From the NCBI RefSeq assembly GCF_037042905.1, contig NC_087263.1:15006001-15070000 (forward strand): a stretch of DNA of 64,000 nucleotides. Direction: 5' to 3'. Shown here piece by piece: positions 23,530-36,060 of the stretch; position 1 is the first letter of the stretch, and each line of letters begins with the position of its first letter. The notes under the pieces were generated by a model. The model was given only the letters and a program-made list of their open reading frames with translations. It searched no databases and had not been told where the DNA came from. Both the position numbers and the translations under genes were made by a program. This DNA is from Lytechinus pictus. Taxonomy: Eukaryota.

Positions 23530-24271
23530 CACTCTAATACCCTTTTTACACAGGATTTTCTTAACCCCGGACTATCGCTAACCCCGTACTATCCTTAACC
23601 CTGTACTATTTTTTTTTCCTTTTCACACATGCCAAATTGTTATCGCTAACCCCGAATAAGGAATGCTTGCTTTTCACACATGAAACTCGCTAACCCCGGA
23701 CTAGTGGTTTTTGTCGATCATTCGTAGTACAAGTACTTCACTCGTACCTTTTTACACACGCTAACATTTCCTTAACCCCGTACTATAGGTGGGGCTAAAT
23801 TGCCATTTAGCCCCACCTATAGTACGGGGTTAAGCTTAGCCCACTTTCGTTTTACACTAGCGATCTTAACCCCGTACTATCGCTCTTAGCACCGCAATTG
23901 CTGGGATAACCCTGCTTTTTTGCAGGGCCAAATAATCCCGTACTAAAGGTGGGGTTAGCCCACTTTGCAAAAATGCTGTGTAAAAAGAAAGTGGGCTAAG
24001 CTTAACCCCGTACTATAGGTGGGGCTAAATGGCAATTTAGCCCCACCTATAGTACGGGGTTAAGGACATTTTAGCGTGTGTAAAAAGGGTATTAAAACAC
24101 TGAGTAAAATTTTACCCAATATTGGGTAGAAAAAAAGGGAACATGCATGTTTGCTGGGTATTCTTTTTACCCCATATTGGGCAATCTCAACGCAACATTG
24201 CGTGAAATTTACCCAACCAACAAGCATGTTCCCATTTTACCCAATATTGGGTAAACCTTTTATTTAGAGTG
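23530..24271. mobile_element. Outer palindromic MITE (CACTCTAAA..TTTAGAGTG) interrupted by the 23537-24092 element
   Basis: Removing the insert restores cactctaaaacac..ttttacccaatattgggta, which pairs with tacccaatattgggtaaa..tttagagtg. Confidence 0.7.
23537..24092. mobile_element. Foldback-like non-autonomous DNA transposon with ATACCCTTTTTACAC TIRs and TA target duplication
   Basis: TA at 23535-23536 and 24093-24094; many internal aaccccgtactat repeats; two internal hairpins at about 23770-23835 and 24001-24065. Confidence 0.85.
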
Positions 24272-27200
24272 TACATATAATTATTTTTTCTGTTTTGTAA
24301 TAAAATGCAGAGTTGATATATTGTGTAACTATATGATGATGATTGAAATATTACTATTTAGGTTAGTCTTTTCCTTTAAAATTCAAATCAAATTAATTGT
24401 GATGTCTGAAACCCCTTGTGTGCAAGGGCAATGGGGAAACTTTATATAACGTTGAAACTTCTAGTATATAGTTGACTTATAATGTTGACAATGACAAATT
24501 AGACTTTTTAAATCAATTTCTCGATCTTTGGTCTTTGTGGAATACTAGAACAGGATATAAACAATAACAAATGTAATTTTAGAATATGAACATTTCTCTT
24601 TTTGTTGATAATTGTTTTGTTTCTTTGAAGAATTGGGGTGTTTTATAAGATCATGAAGTTACAAATATGTTATATGTATATGTTATAAATATTTTCCATT
24701 GCTTTCTGAGCGACTTGAATTTGGCAAGGTGAATATCACTCCTCAAATAAATTCACACTAATTCCCTCATGCTTTGCTACTCTGTCACTAAGATCATAAA
24801 TCTGACCTTTTTTTTGTTTAGTAATGAGGATAAACAGAAATATATTCTTCAAAATTCTTTGAACCTATGTTTCCTCAAACAGCCATGATAACAATGAATT
24901 GACCTAATTCAATAGAATAGAAATCATTATGCAATGAAATGAAATAATGAAAGCAAGGGCAGATATAAAGGAACAAGACTGATAATAACATCTTACTTCA
25001 CCTAATGTTTGTTTGTTCTTTTGTGAAAATCATTCATTGGTTTTTGTCTTCATTTTCACCCCTATTTCCATCCACCCTAAATTCCCTTCGGTTTTTATTT
25101 CTTGATTTCTATTTCTTTTTTCCTCTCTTCCTTTTTCATCTCCTCTTCTTCTCTTTCCCACCATTCCTCCTATTTTGTCCAATTAAATTGTCAAATCAGT
25201 ACTTCTCTCATACGAAAACATCAAAAGCATTAGACAAGAAGTCAAAGTTCTGTCATAAAAGAACATTGCCACCCACTTTCATTTTTACTCTCTTTTCATT
25301 CCAAACAAAAATGAGCTTTTATTTCACATCCATCCCATAACAAAACCTCCAATCTGTCTGACAATTTCATCAATGCCAAACTGTTCATGTATATAATGCA
25401 AGGATAGAAAAAGGAAAGAAAAATGATCTAGCAGTTTGGCTTTCACTAAAATATTCTTGTCGTTACCAAGTGGGATAGCACCCCCCCCCCAAAAAAAAAA
25501 GTGGTAACTTCCTTTTGTCTGAGAATTTTGACAATTTTATTTTTCGCAACTACCAGATGCCAAGCAAACAAGGAGATATTTGAACTATCCCTCAAAATCA
25601 TTTTTCGACTCCCGAAAATGTGATCAAATGACAAATTCTTTGGCATGATTCTATGACATTCAGGAAAGTGGAATGTCAAGCATTATTTTTGCTAAATTAT
25701 ATTTTAAATGACAAATATGGAAGGAGGGAATAGCAACAAGAGAGGGAGGGGGGAATGCTTTGTTGGATTGCCATATTGTGTGATGAGACAAGACAGTCCA
25801 TTAGGGATTACAAAGAAAATCAATAACATTGTAAAAGAGAGAAAGAGGGAGAGAAGAGATGGAGAAAGAAAGAGAATGAGGGAGACAGAGGCAGACAGAT
25901 ATAGACAGAAGGAATGAGGAAGAGGGAGTGCGACAGAGATAAACTTAGAGAGAGTGATATTAGTTATTACGTGATATTTGATTTTTTTTTATGGTGTATA
26001 GCTTGGCCCAGAATGCAGGCCTATAAGAGCACATTGGGTTAAGAATATAAAAAATATCTAGAAGTCACAGGGGAAAAAGTACATGGGAGCTGGGGTGATT
26101 TAGCCCCCCTAAATGCCCAAAAGAGAGCTGGAAACTAAAAAAAAAAGAGCCCAGTAAATCCACATTCATCTTAATATTATAACTCATACAATGTTGCAGA
26201 TTTAGATAGTAAGTTGTGAAAAGTAGTCCCTGAAAATAAAGAAAATATATATATTTTTTGGGTGATAAGTCAAAACTTGGTTGAAAAAGAACTAGCTTAA
26301 TTTTGCAATTATAATTTATAAGGCAGTAAAATCCTAGACACATGGCTACAGGTAACAAGGAAAGTCAGACAGCTATTCGTCTGCTGAAGTTCACCTATAT
26401 GTCTCAAGGGGAAAATGAGAGGTTTAGATTTATCGATGACACACTTCCTTGAAAGGCTGGAGGCTAAGACTACACAGGACATGGGACTTTCTCACCAAAC
26501 AATAAAACAAATCACATATGGCCCATTTACACAGTCAAAAATATTGATTCTTTCTCATTCGTTTTAACGTGGAGGCGGGATATTCGGAGAAGTTATATTT
26601 GGAATGTCTTCAAATAATGCCATTCTTGCACAATGTGTCAGAAGTTCCAACAATATAATGTTAATAGATATTGTGGCTAGTCTAGGTCAGTGTAATATTT
26701 AGGAAAATGAACTTAAACATGCAAACGCACACACACGCTACAGAATAACCAAAATACAAAATAATTCTTTAACTTCAATATTCAGCAATTAATGTGATCT
26801 CAGAACCCCCCAAAATGTAAAAAAATGATGTTTAAGAAAAGCAGGTAAGAAATTCACATGCAAGTCCAAATGCCTCCTCTTGATTTGTTGAAAATAAAGT
26901 TGCACTAGAATTCTGAAGCTGAACTAACAGCATGTAAGGTAGCTCAGATATTCGCAAAACCTCCAAAAAATTACTAAATCCCTGTAAAGTTGAACATACT
27001 TAGATCAAAACCAAGAAACTTCTGAATCATCTAAACATAGATACCTGTCATCCACCTGTCTCAAGCAAAGGAAGCGCCCCATCCTCCGAGAGCTATCTCT
27101 CAACACAGGATGACATCACTGAGGGGCTGCCAAGAATACACTCTCGGACATCAATGAGTCCTTGGAAGTGATAGTTCTTGAAAGATTTTTGGTGAAATAC

Positions 27201-27676
27201 ATGTACTAAATAGGCAATTAGCTACATGTATGTACATGTAGGTCAAAGTTTTTTAAACTATTTTTTTTTTTTGGGGGGGGGTCTCCTCCCCCCCCCCATT
27301 CTCTCTCTACTCTTGTTAATCTCTCACTCTTCACAATGTAAAGGTGTTAGCATTCTGGATGACAATCTATTGAGACACCCTGTACACTGGTCATACTTTT
27401 TTTTCCATTCCCTTCTCTTGCTATCCCTATTCTTCCCCGATGCTCTCATTTTCCCCACCCTCTCTTTCTCCTCTCCTCTCTTTTGAATTCCTAACCAGTA
27501 AAAAAAAATTGTACAGGTATAGATAAATACATTGTACAGACCCATTGGGATCAATGCAGGTATAACTCCCACTGGATGTTTATCTGTTGGGACACCCTGT
27601 ACCTGGGCCATTTCAATAGAAACCTTTTCTCTCCACCCCTCCTCCCCCTCTTGCTATTCTTACTTCCTCTCTCTCT

Positions 27677-28152
27677 AGGCGGTTTCAAACCGCCTCGATC
27701 ACAGGAATCCCCGTTAAATTACGAGAACATTTTTAGGCTAAAAAATACCCATTAATTATTCCTGCATTCACACCGCCCCGAAACATACCCTTCAGGATAA
27801 ATTCCTGAAGTTAGAAGCATGCGCAGTATGGTCTAATAAGCAGGCAAGGCGCGAGATTCAAAACCACTAGCCCAGCAGCCACCCACGGCGCCCGCGCCCA
27901 ATGTCACGCTGGGCTAAAAGTTCCCGTAAATTGCTTTCACATTGCCAAAATACCTGCGACCTTGGAAAAATCCCCGCGAAAGTTCTCGTAATTTCGCCAA
28001 GTACCTACTATTTAGCGGGTATTTTCTTTCGGGGAAATTACGCGTAGTTTGCTTTTACATTACCAAAATACCTGGTATTTTCTGATCGGGGTAACTTTCC
28101 CGATCAGAGAATACATGGAACTGACGAACTTCGAGGCGGTCTGAAACCACCT
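27677..28152. mobile_element. MITE with AGGCGGTTTCAAACCGCCTCGA TIRs
   Basis: Right TIR tcgaggcggtctgaaaccacct; TCT on both flanks; a partial right-end copy at about 29542-29619. Confidence 0.8.
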
Positions 28153-28182
28153 TCTCTTTCTCTTTCAATCTTGTGTACAGAC

Positions 28183-28322
28183 CTGTCTGAATCCACACAG
28201 GTATCACTGCCACTGGAAGACCATCTATTGAGACACCCTGTACCCGGACCATCGTAGTAGATACTCTTGATCATATTCCATGTATAATCCTGATCGTAGT
28301 CCCAGTTGGCCAGAACAGACAT
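28183..28322 (-). CDS. Candidate alternative first coding exon of NAV (MSVLANWDYDQDYTWNMIKSIYYDGPGTGCLNRWSSSGSDTCVDSD)
   Basis: AGGATGT start at 28322, 46 codons plus AG, donor CAG|GTCTGT (GT at 28182-28181). Phase 2 joins C at 3845 to give ..VDSD-S-LDDSSS in frame. Non-repetitive, UTR-like sequence extends to about 28790. Confidence 0.55.
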
Positions 28323-29360
28323 CCTGATCGACTCCAAGGAACTTTTAAAACCTCAAAATTCCATACAAAAAATGAAACACGGGAGTATAAAAACCCAAGC
28401 TTTGGGTACTGGTAAAACAAACTGCGCTGTCAATGTACACATCTTTCCCTATATCTGTACAGATACATGTTTAAGTCATGACTTTTGAATAATTCTGTCA
28501 TGTGTTGCACATATATACCAAGGAAATTTCTCACTGAATAGTGGAACATGTTGGCTCAGAGGTTTAGGGTCCTTTTAAAGTGTAAGATACTCAGTTCAAA
28601 CAGCGGAGTCACAAGATAAAACCACCAAGATGACCGGAAGCACAGGAATCCAGGAATTTCCAACGCAATATGCCACGACAATCTCTTTCTCTCACCAAGA
28701 ACACTCCAGAAACAGTACGATAACATTTTCCCATTAATTTTCACTTCTCACAGCCGACCTGCAACTCAATGTACAACAAATACAGTTCTAATGGACTTCC
28801 TGAAAATTCAAACTGGAATAAAAACATTTGAATTTTAAGATGATAACTTCTGTTCAATTAAATGACACATGAGCTAGTCCAACAATCCAACTCAACCGCT
28901 AAGTCTAACAGTAGTAAATGAAGTTGACATCTAATATTTTCACATGGGAATGGAAAAAAGCTAGATTGGTATAGTGATGAAAAGGACACTGTGGTGAAAA
29001 AAAGAACTTGTTAAAACAAACAGGGTGGCCACAATTTCATTCACTGGTAAAAGGGACAATAGTAAATCTATTGACTTGTATCCTTCGTATGTGTCAAGTT
29101 TGAAAACTCATAGTGATGCTAGGCTGCAAGCATAACTGCTATATATTCGTGCTCAATAAATGTTTGATTTGGGTTTCAATATAGTACATCATATAACTAT
29201 ATTTATTTCTTTCCTTTTTTTTGAGGGGGGGGGGGGGAGGGGGCATACGGAAGTATAGATGTGGAACATATGCTTTCAAAAGAAAAGATATTCCCAAGAT
29301 AAGAACAAATATATACTTTGTCTTAAAATAATTTTTCTTTTCCTATCAATACTGAATGAG

Positions 29361-29522
29361 ATACCTCAGACAGATTTCCCCTACAGCAGCCGTACGGCAA
29401 GTCGAGAACAGCCCTTAACATGTTTTGTACCAGCTACATATAGGTGGTTTGAATAAAACTGAATAAAATGGCCTGTTTCGACTCGCCGTATGGCCGCCGT
29501 AAGGGAAATGTGACTGGGGTAT
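29361..29522. mobile_element. Small palindromic MITE (ATACCYCAG..CTGGGGTAT)
   Basis: About 50-bp imperfect inverted arms; termini resemble those of the 23537 element. Confidence 0.7.
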
Positions 29523-31413
29523 TATCTGAAAATCTATACTGTTCTTTCGGGGAGATCATGCGTAATTTACTTTCACACTGCCAATATACCTGGAACTTCG
29601 AGGCCGTCTGAAACCACCTAAAATCATACCAACCCCCTAAAAAAGCCTATCAGGTGTTCTGTTTGATATATGGACATTGCACTACTTATGCAAACTTCCT
29701 TTACTTTCTCAATTATTGCGAAAAATGGGCTAAAATATGATCATTTCATGTCTAAAAGGAAAATAAATAATAAATCATCCTGTCATTTATACATGTGAAC
29801 ATAAATAATTTGGATAAAATACTTGGAATACAGATGGGGGGCCCACGCAATAAGGAGTAAAGTGGCACTATGCCAAATGAATAAAAACCTACATTCATAT
29901 ATCACAATTCCTTTGTATGTGGTTGAGTAATTGAGTGTGATATTGATGTGCTTTTCTTTTCAGCAATGTACATTGTTAAGGTGAAAGCTTGTAGATTTCA
30001 ACAATCAAAGCTTGCTCCCCTACTTAACATCATTAGTTAGGCTTGGACAACTCATAATACTGCTTGCAGATTTACCATGGAATTGAAGTAAATGGAGAAT
30101 AATGATTTATAATCGCTAATCTGTGTGATACTTGTATATAATGCTAATTTACAAAATAGATAATGCTGGAGCACGACCTACAAATTTGCAGTTCACTTTT
30201 AACTTCACAGAATTTTCTTAGAATTATATAAATCTATTGTAATATTATTACAATAGTGAAGTTGGGGGCAGCCTATTCCCTTCAGAAAATCCTTGTGGTA
30301 TAATAATAAACAAAAAAATAAATGGGGCACTTTTATAAATGACTATCAATAATTTTGAATTATCATTATCCTATTATTTTTTTTAATGTAGATGTCGGTG
30401 ACATGAAGGCAGTTCTTATCTGACAGTAACATCTTTATGATGTAATTAATTATCCTATTTTGTTTTGTTGTTTGTTTGGTGAGTCCTAATGCATGCAGGG
30501 CCCCCCTTTGAAATCAGTAACTGAAAAGGCAACCCTCCAGACTTAAATCAATAAATCAATCAATAAATAAATTGTGATTTTATTGGAATTATATTTTAGT
30601 GTTTTGAATCAAATAAATCATGATACAATTAACCACAAGTCATTGCAAAAATATGAATAAAATGTGATAAGGACCATGCATTTCAAGCAATCTGTTTATG
30701 ATGAAAATCCTTCTCCTGCTAATTGTAAATGTTGTACTATGTTGGTAGTGGATTTTTTTTCTGTTAAATTATATATATTTTTTGTACATTTATTCTATGA
30801 TTCATGCCAAAAACAGGAAGTAATTTTATGTTTATGTCAGTTGTCATGGAAAAAATTATATGAATGTATATGCAGAAGAGAACGCTAAATCTATCAATAA
30901 GTAATGAAGGAAAAAAAGAAAGAGACCAGCATGACTGAATATTGTAATGTAAAAAAAATGCAAATTTTCTATTACACTCATATATAGACTTTACTTTTCA
31001 AGGATCCTTTACAATGACTGTGTAGCACTATATCGCTGCTAATCTAATGATGTAAAAGTATACCGTTCATTGCAAAGTGAACTACATTTCAACTTTTTTA
31101 CTTCTTGGGTCACTACACAAGCCCTGCATGTCCAGTGACGGGCTACCTGTGTGGAATTCAATCAAATTGGACACCAATCTGATGGCAGTTTATGGATAAT
31201 TTGGAAATGTTAGGCGCCGAACTCCGTCAAAGCTTCTTTGAAAATGAATTAATCTAATTAACCTACTTTTCTATCCCTTCATTTTTAATTCATGATTTTG
31301 TTCCTTCCTCCCCAACAGGCTAATCGTCATCATGCCAATAATTTTGGCAACATAGACTCAGGGATTTTTAGGAAACCATCATCACTTTCCATTGCAATCA
31401 TGAGTGGATACGT

Positions 31414-31678
31414 GGGCCCCATCTTACAAAGAGTTACGACTGATCCGATCAACCTCAAGTATATGGAAATCCATAAATGTCATAATTTTTTCTTCACACA
31501 ATCTCCTTTGAAAACAGAAAGAACCATACTGAATTAACAACAAAACAGTGAATGTATGAATATTCATCATATCTATAAAAAAAATTGAACGAACATGTAT
31601 TTTAGAAGTTGATGTTGCTGGCTTTCCATAGTTGTGGTTGATTGGATCAATTGTAACTCTTTGTAAGACCGGAACCAG
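31414..31678. mobile_element. MITE, same family as 14363-14629
   Basis: Shared TIRs and internal sequence (gatccgatcaa, gatgttgctggctttccatagttgtggtt). Confidence 0.75.
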
Positions 31679-34583
31679 GTGTGACCAAAGAAACGCATAA
31701 AAAATTCCTTTTTTGAAGACTGGGAACGTTACAAACGTAACAAAATAAGGGTATCTAAAACACTACAATACTGAAAAAGGGTATATATTTTGCTAGGAAA
31801 GCTACGTGTTTAAGGTCAAATTTGCGAGGGTATAAAACAGACTAAAATGCTTTATAAAAATTTTGCACTTTTTGCCCCAATACTACGTGTTTGGAGTCCG
31901 ATTTGAGCGAGGTGGGGGAGGTGGGGCGGTACTAAGCCCAATGTAAGCAAAGGTAAAGCCGACGTCTGTGATCACGTCCATGACATAACAGTTAAAATAT
32001 CGCTTTACTTGTTGTCAATTCAGGGAATACTTGATCAATGGTATGCCACTGACTATTAACATGGTAGCTTTTTGACTGGGGCATCAGTTTGAGCAGTCAC
32101 ACTAGAATGCATAATATTAAACAGACAAAAGAGTGGCAAGTCCCTCAGATAGGAGGTGAAGTTACTGGTCCACACGATATTCACTCGATCCCATGTAATC
32201 TCTTTGGAAGTTGAGTCCGGCCTTAACAAATTAAGCAGTTGTTCAAAGGCATTGCAAATGCAAAGTTGCATACATGTATATCACTAAATTTTACTAACTC
32301 ATTTTAGGTGAAAAATCTAATTTGATCAATCAACAATTCTCAGGTTTTACTTACTTATCAGCCATCCCAACAAATGCATATGTCCATAAATGATTTTCCA
32401 AATTTGAATAGAGGCTGCTCTGTGTATATCACTAGCTCTCATTTTATAAAACCAATGTTGTTCTATTTCACTATCTCGATAACAAAGTAACTATGGGTGT
32501 GTGTTAAAGAACCACAACTTTTTTTTTTTTCCAATCAAAACCCCCCACACAGAAAAAAATTGCTTGCTACATTACTGTAATTAGCCTTCAGAAAGAATGT
32601 TTACAAACTTAATACACGCTAACTGCTTCATTGCACTCGACTGAACTTGAAAAATATGTTAAGTCTTGTCAAATATTGGATTAAAAGCAAGCTTGATTGG
32701 GAAATGGAGGTCAGAATACAAAGGGAATCAAATGAAGGCATTATAAAGGGGGAAAATATTACATATAGTTTCAATTCAAAACATACGGACTTGATTTCAC
32801 AAAAACACCATGAAAAGTGAGATCCGGTTCAATAAATAACTATACGTTTCTATGGTGAATTAAGAACAATATGAATACAGATTTATGCCAAAATAGCATT
32901 CACCTTCCCTTTTTATATTCTTTAAAACGAATGTCGTCAGTGGTCTGTCAAAATCTTGTTTCTCAAAATAAAAACATTTTGAGATCAGCTCATGGCAATG
33001 CTGGAAACCTTTTTAATTTCTCTGAAAACAGTTTTCTCAATCATGTACAGGGCTCTTTCAAGGCAAAAAAGGTTGCTACTTATACAATTCATAACACTAA
33101 AATACAATGTTTTCTGACCTGACCTCAATATTTTTTATAATTTGAGATACAAGATTTTAACAGCCCATCGACTGTGGACGACTGTTGTTATGTTATTGAA
33201 TGTATGCATATCGTATATTAGTTCCACTTGGAATTAATCAAACACAGAATATGTTTTTCTGTTTCAATAAAAATCAAGCTTTATCGCTAATGTGAAAGGG
33301 TTGTTAAGTCTCCACACATTAGAACAAGAACTCACTAGAATCTTTCCAACAGAATTATGACTTAATTCAACTTTTTCCCATTTTTCATAACCTTAAAAAG
33401 TTATTGAAATTCACCGAGGCAAGACCGCTCATGTTTAATCCTACATGAGTTGGATTAGATTATAATCCACTCTGGAAATTTGTATAAACATTCAAATACT
33501 AATATGGTACACAATCACATATGTGCCATAACCATGGAAATACAAATGTTATCAGGCAAATAATTATCAAGAATTTCAAGTCTGAAATATTCTGAAAATA
33601 TGAAGGGCAATAATCGTTTCAAATAAATCTTGTGCTGCTGCAATGATCATTTTTATGCCACAATGAAACACTCATTCCCTTTGCAAATAGAAAATTGATT
33701 TGCACACTGCACACTGACAAAGGAGTACGAGGTCATGAACAGAAGAACTGAGAGAAATATAAATGACCTGTCTCTAACAAAAGAGGGCAGCATAACATCT
33801 AAGACTGCTGAGATCGATTGAGTATTGAGTTCCAAAGCATTTTGCCTGCCTACAAACAATACATATTTGCTACAGCAATGCACCAGATATGTACACTATG
33901 GTCAAGATGGGATAATTCCACATGCTCCCTGAAATTACATCGCATCTTATAACATTTCTATAACAAATGCCGTCAGCCAATCAGATAGGACAATTTCAGT
34001 AGCTTTAAACTGTTATTGGAAATTTGTAATTATAACAAGTTTTATGAAACAAGCCTTTAATAGATGGCAGAGGACGAGCATGCACTTTTCGGAATCATAT
34101 TCTAGGCCTAATGGGCAAAATACTTTGCAAAAATAGTGAGTCAGTCATTCTTAGAACACAACTTTTCTGAAACTTGCAAACAGTATAGACTTCAGGGAGT
34201 AAAAAGTACAAGCAAAAATACTCTCAGAAAAAAAAAAAAAAAAAAACATTTGTGAGGAATTAATTTTATGGGTTTGTTGCATAATAGTTACTATTATGGT
34301 AACTTTACCATCTAATGGTAACAATGCTTCAAAGTCAATCAAAATCAAGGATTCCATGCAAGTTACCATTGGAAGGCACATTTACTATAATCGTAACTTT
34401 TATGCAAAGGGGCCTGGTTTCAAATTGTAATTTCTTCCATACACTGCTACACAGAATTTATTTGTATAGCAATTTTTTTTCCTGGGATTGTACAGAATAT
34501 ACTTGAAAGTATCAACCTTACACCTGGAAATGCTAGTCCAATTTGAGAAGTAAAATCCCTCCCCACATGAGACTGGTCTGTCC

Positions 34584-34602
34584 TTGCCACCAGAGGGCAG
34601 CA
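34584..34602 (+). promoter_or_regulatory. CTCF-binding motif
   Basis: TTGCCACCAGAGGGCAGCA closely matches the canonical CTCF core CCACCAG[A/G]GGGC[A/G]. Confidence 0.6.
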
Positions 34603-35799
34603 GACTGCTATTAAGGATGATTGAGAGTAGATTGAGAAAGCATGTTCCTTTCTCTGGACTGTACAAACACGTATTGATTACAATCTATCTAATGTTGTAG
34701 CCAGACGCGACCAATCCACGTTATGGTGATATATTGCCCCTGCGAGTCAGGGGAAGCTATTTATTCTCTGAATGTCAAGTCATTCTAACGATTGGAACAT
34801 GATAGATGAAGTGGCTCCGGCTCTTTTCACACGAGTGTCTTCGGGATCATTCTCCAACGAAGCATTCACTTTCCACAGATAATTCAAATGTCTCTATTTA
34901 ACACAATAGTAGATGTAATAAAAAAATCTCCAAATCGACTCTGTAAAATGCTCAAGGTACACTTTGTATTACAGACTTTTCTGATAAAACAAAATAAGAA
35001 CTTATATTTGTACACTTTCTCCATTCTCAGCCTTGCAATTGGATGTAAGCTATGTAATTATTTTGTATCATTCTTTTGTGGAAATGAGTAAAAATTTTAG
35101 TTGTGAAAGCCAGAAACTGCATTTGCAATATAATTTTAATCTTTATCGAAATCGCTTTTTCCCCTGTTATTTATTTGAAATTTACAAAATTGTAGAGTAC
35201 ACAGACGATTGTTTTTTTTAGAAATTAAAATACCATATGAAAACACTATTGGACCCTCACCAGATGAAGAGCTGTGAGATGATTATGAAATATAGCCAAC
35301 CTACCAAAATACATGGCAATAAGTTAGATAGATGTGGATTCAAATACTGATGGAGAGTACTTGCTTCTACTACTATCAACCATACTTTAAAAATCTAATG
35401 ATGAGCCATATATTTTCTTTAAATAGGGGGGGACAAAAAAAGAAAGATTTTTTTTTTTTTTGGGGGGGTTGTGTTTTCTAAATTTGAAAATAAAATATAT
35501 ATTTATAATAATACTAGTGATGTCTTATTGAGTGTACACACCGTCCAGTTAAGCTCATGGCGCTAGCATCAACCGAGTATTACATGTAACAACAGTGTTC
35601 CTATTTTTAGAACAATTTGTAAGTACATGTACACTAGTTACCATAAATATTATCACTGATGCACCAAGCACACACCAATAAAACCAACACCGAACCGATC
35701 AAGGCTATTTAGTTAATTTGAATGGTGCATCATCGGTCGGTTTGGATTCAATTTTGTTGGTGTAGCTGGAGCACAAGCAGAGGATGTATAGCTACATGG

Positions 35800-36060
35800 G
35801 GGGGTGTCGTGGTCTAGTGGTTAAGACTCTCGTCTTTCAATCTGAAGGATGTGGGTTCGATCCCAAGCCATGGCGTGTTTTCCTTCAGCAAGAAATTGAC
35901 CCACATTGTGCTGCACTCAACCCAGGTGAGGTAAATGGGTACCGGTAATGAAGTAATTCCTCAAAAAGTTGTGCGCACCGGAATCTGTAGACTAGCTTAG
36001 CCAGGGTAATATAGGAGCGCCTTGAGCACCTAGCAAGGTGGATACGTGTGCCATACTATA
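35800..36060 (+). mobile_element. SINE with family A core, different tRNA head, tail type 2
   Basis: Head gtcgtggtctagtggttaagac..gggttcgatccc, shared core, tail gagcgccttgagcacctagcaaggtggatacg. Confidence 0.85.
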
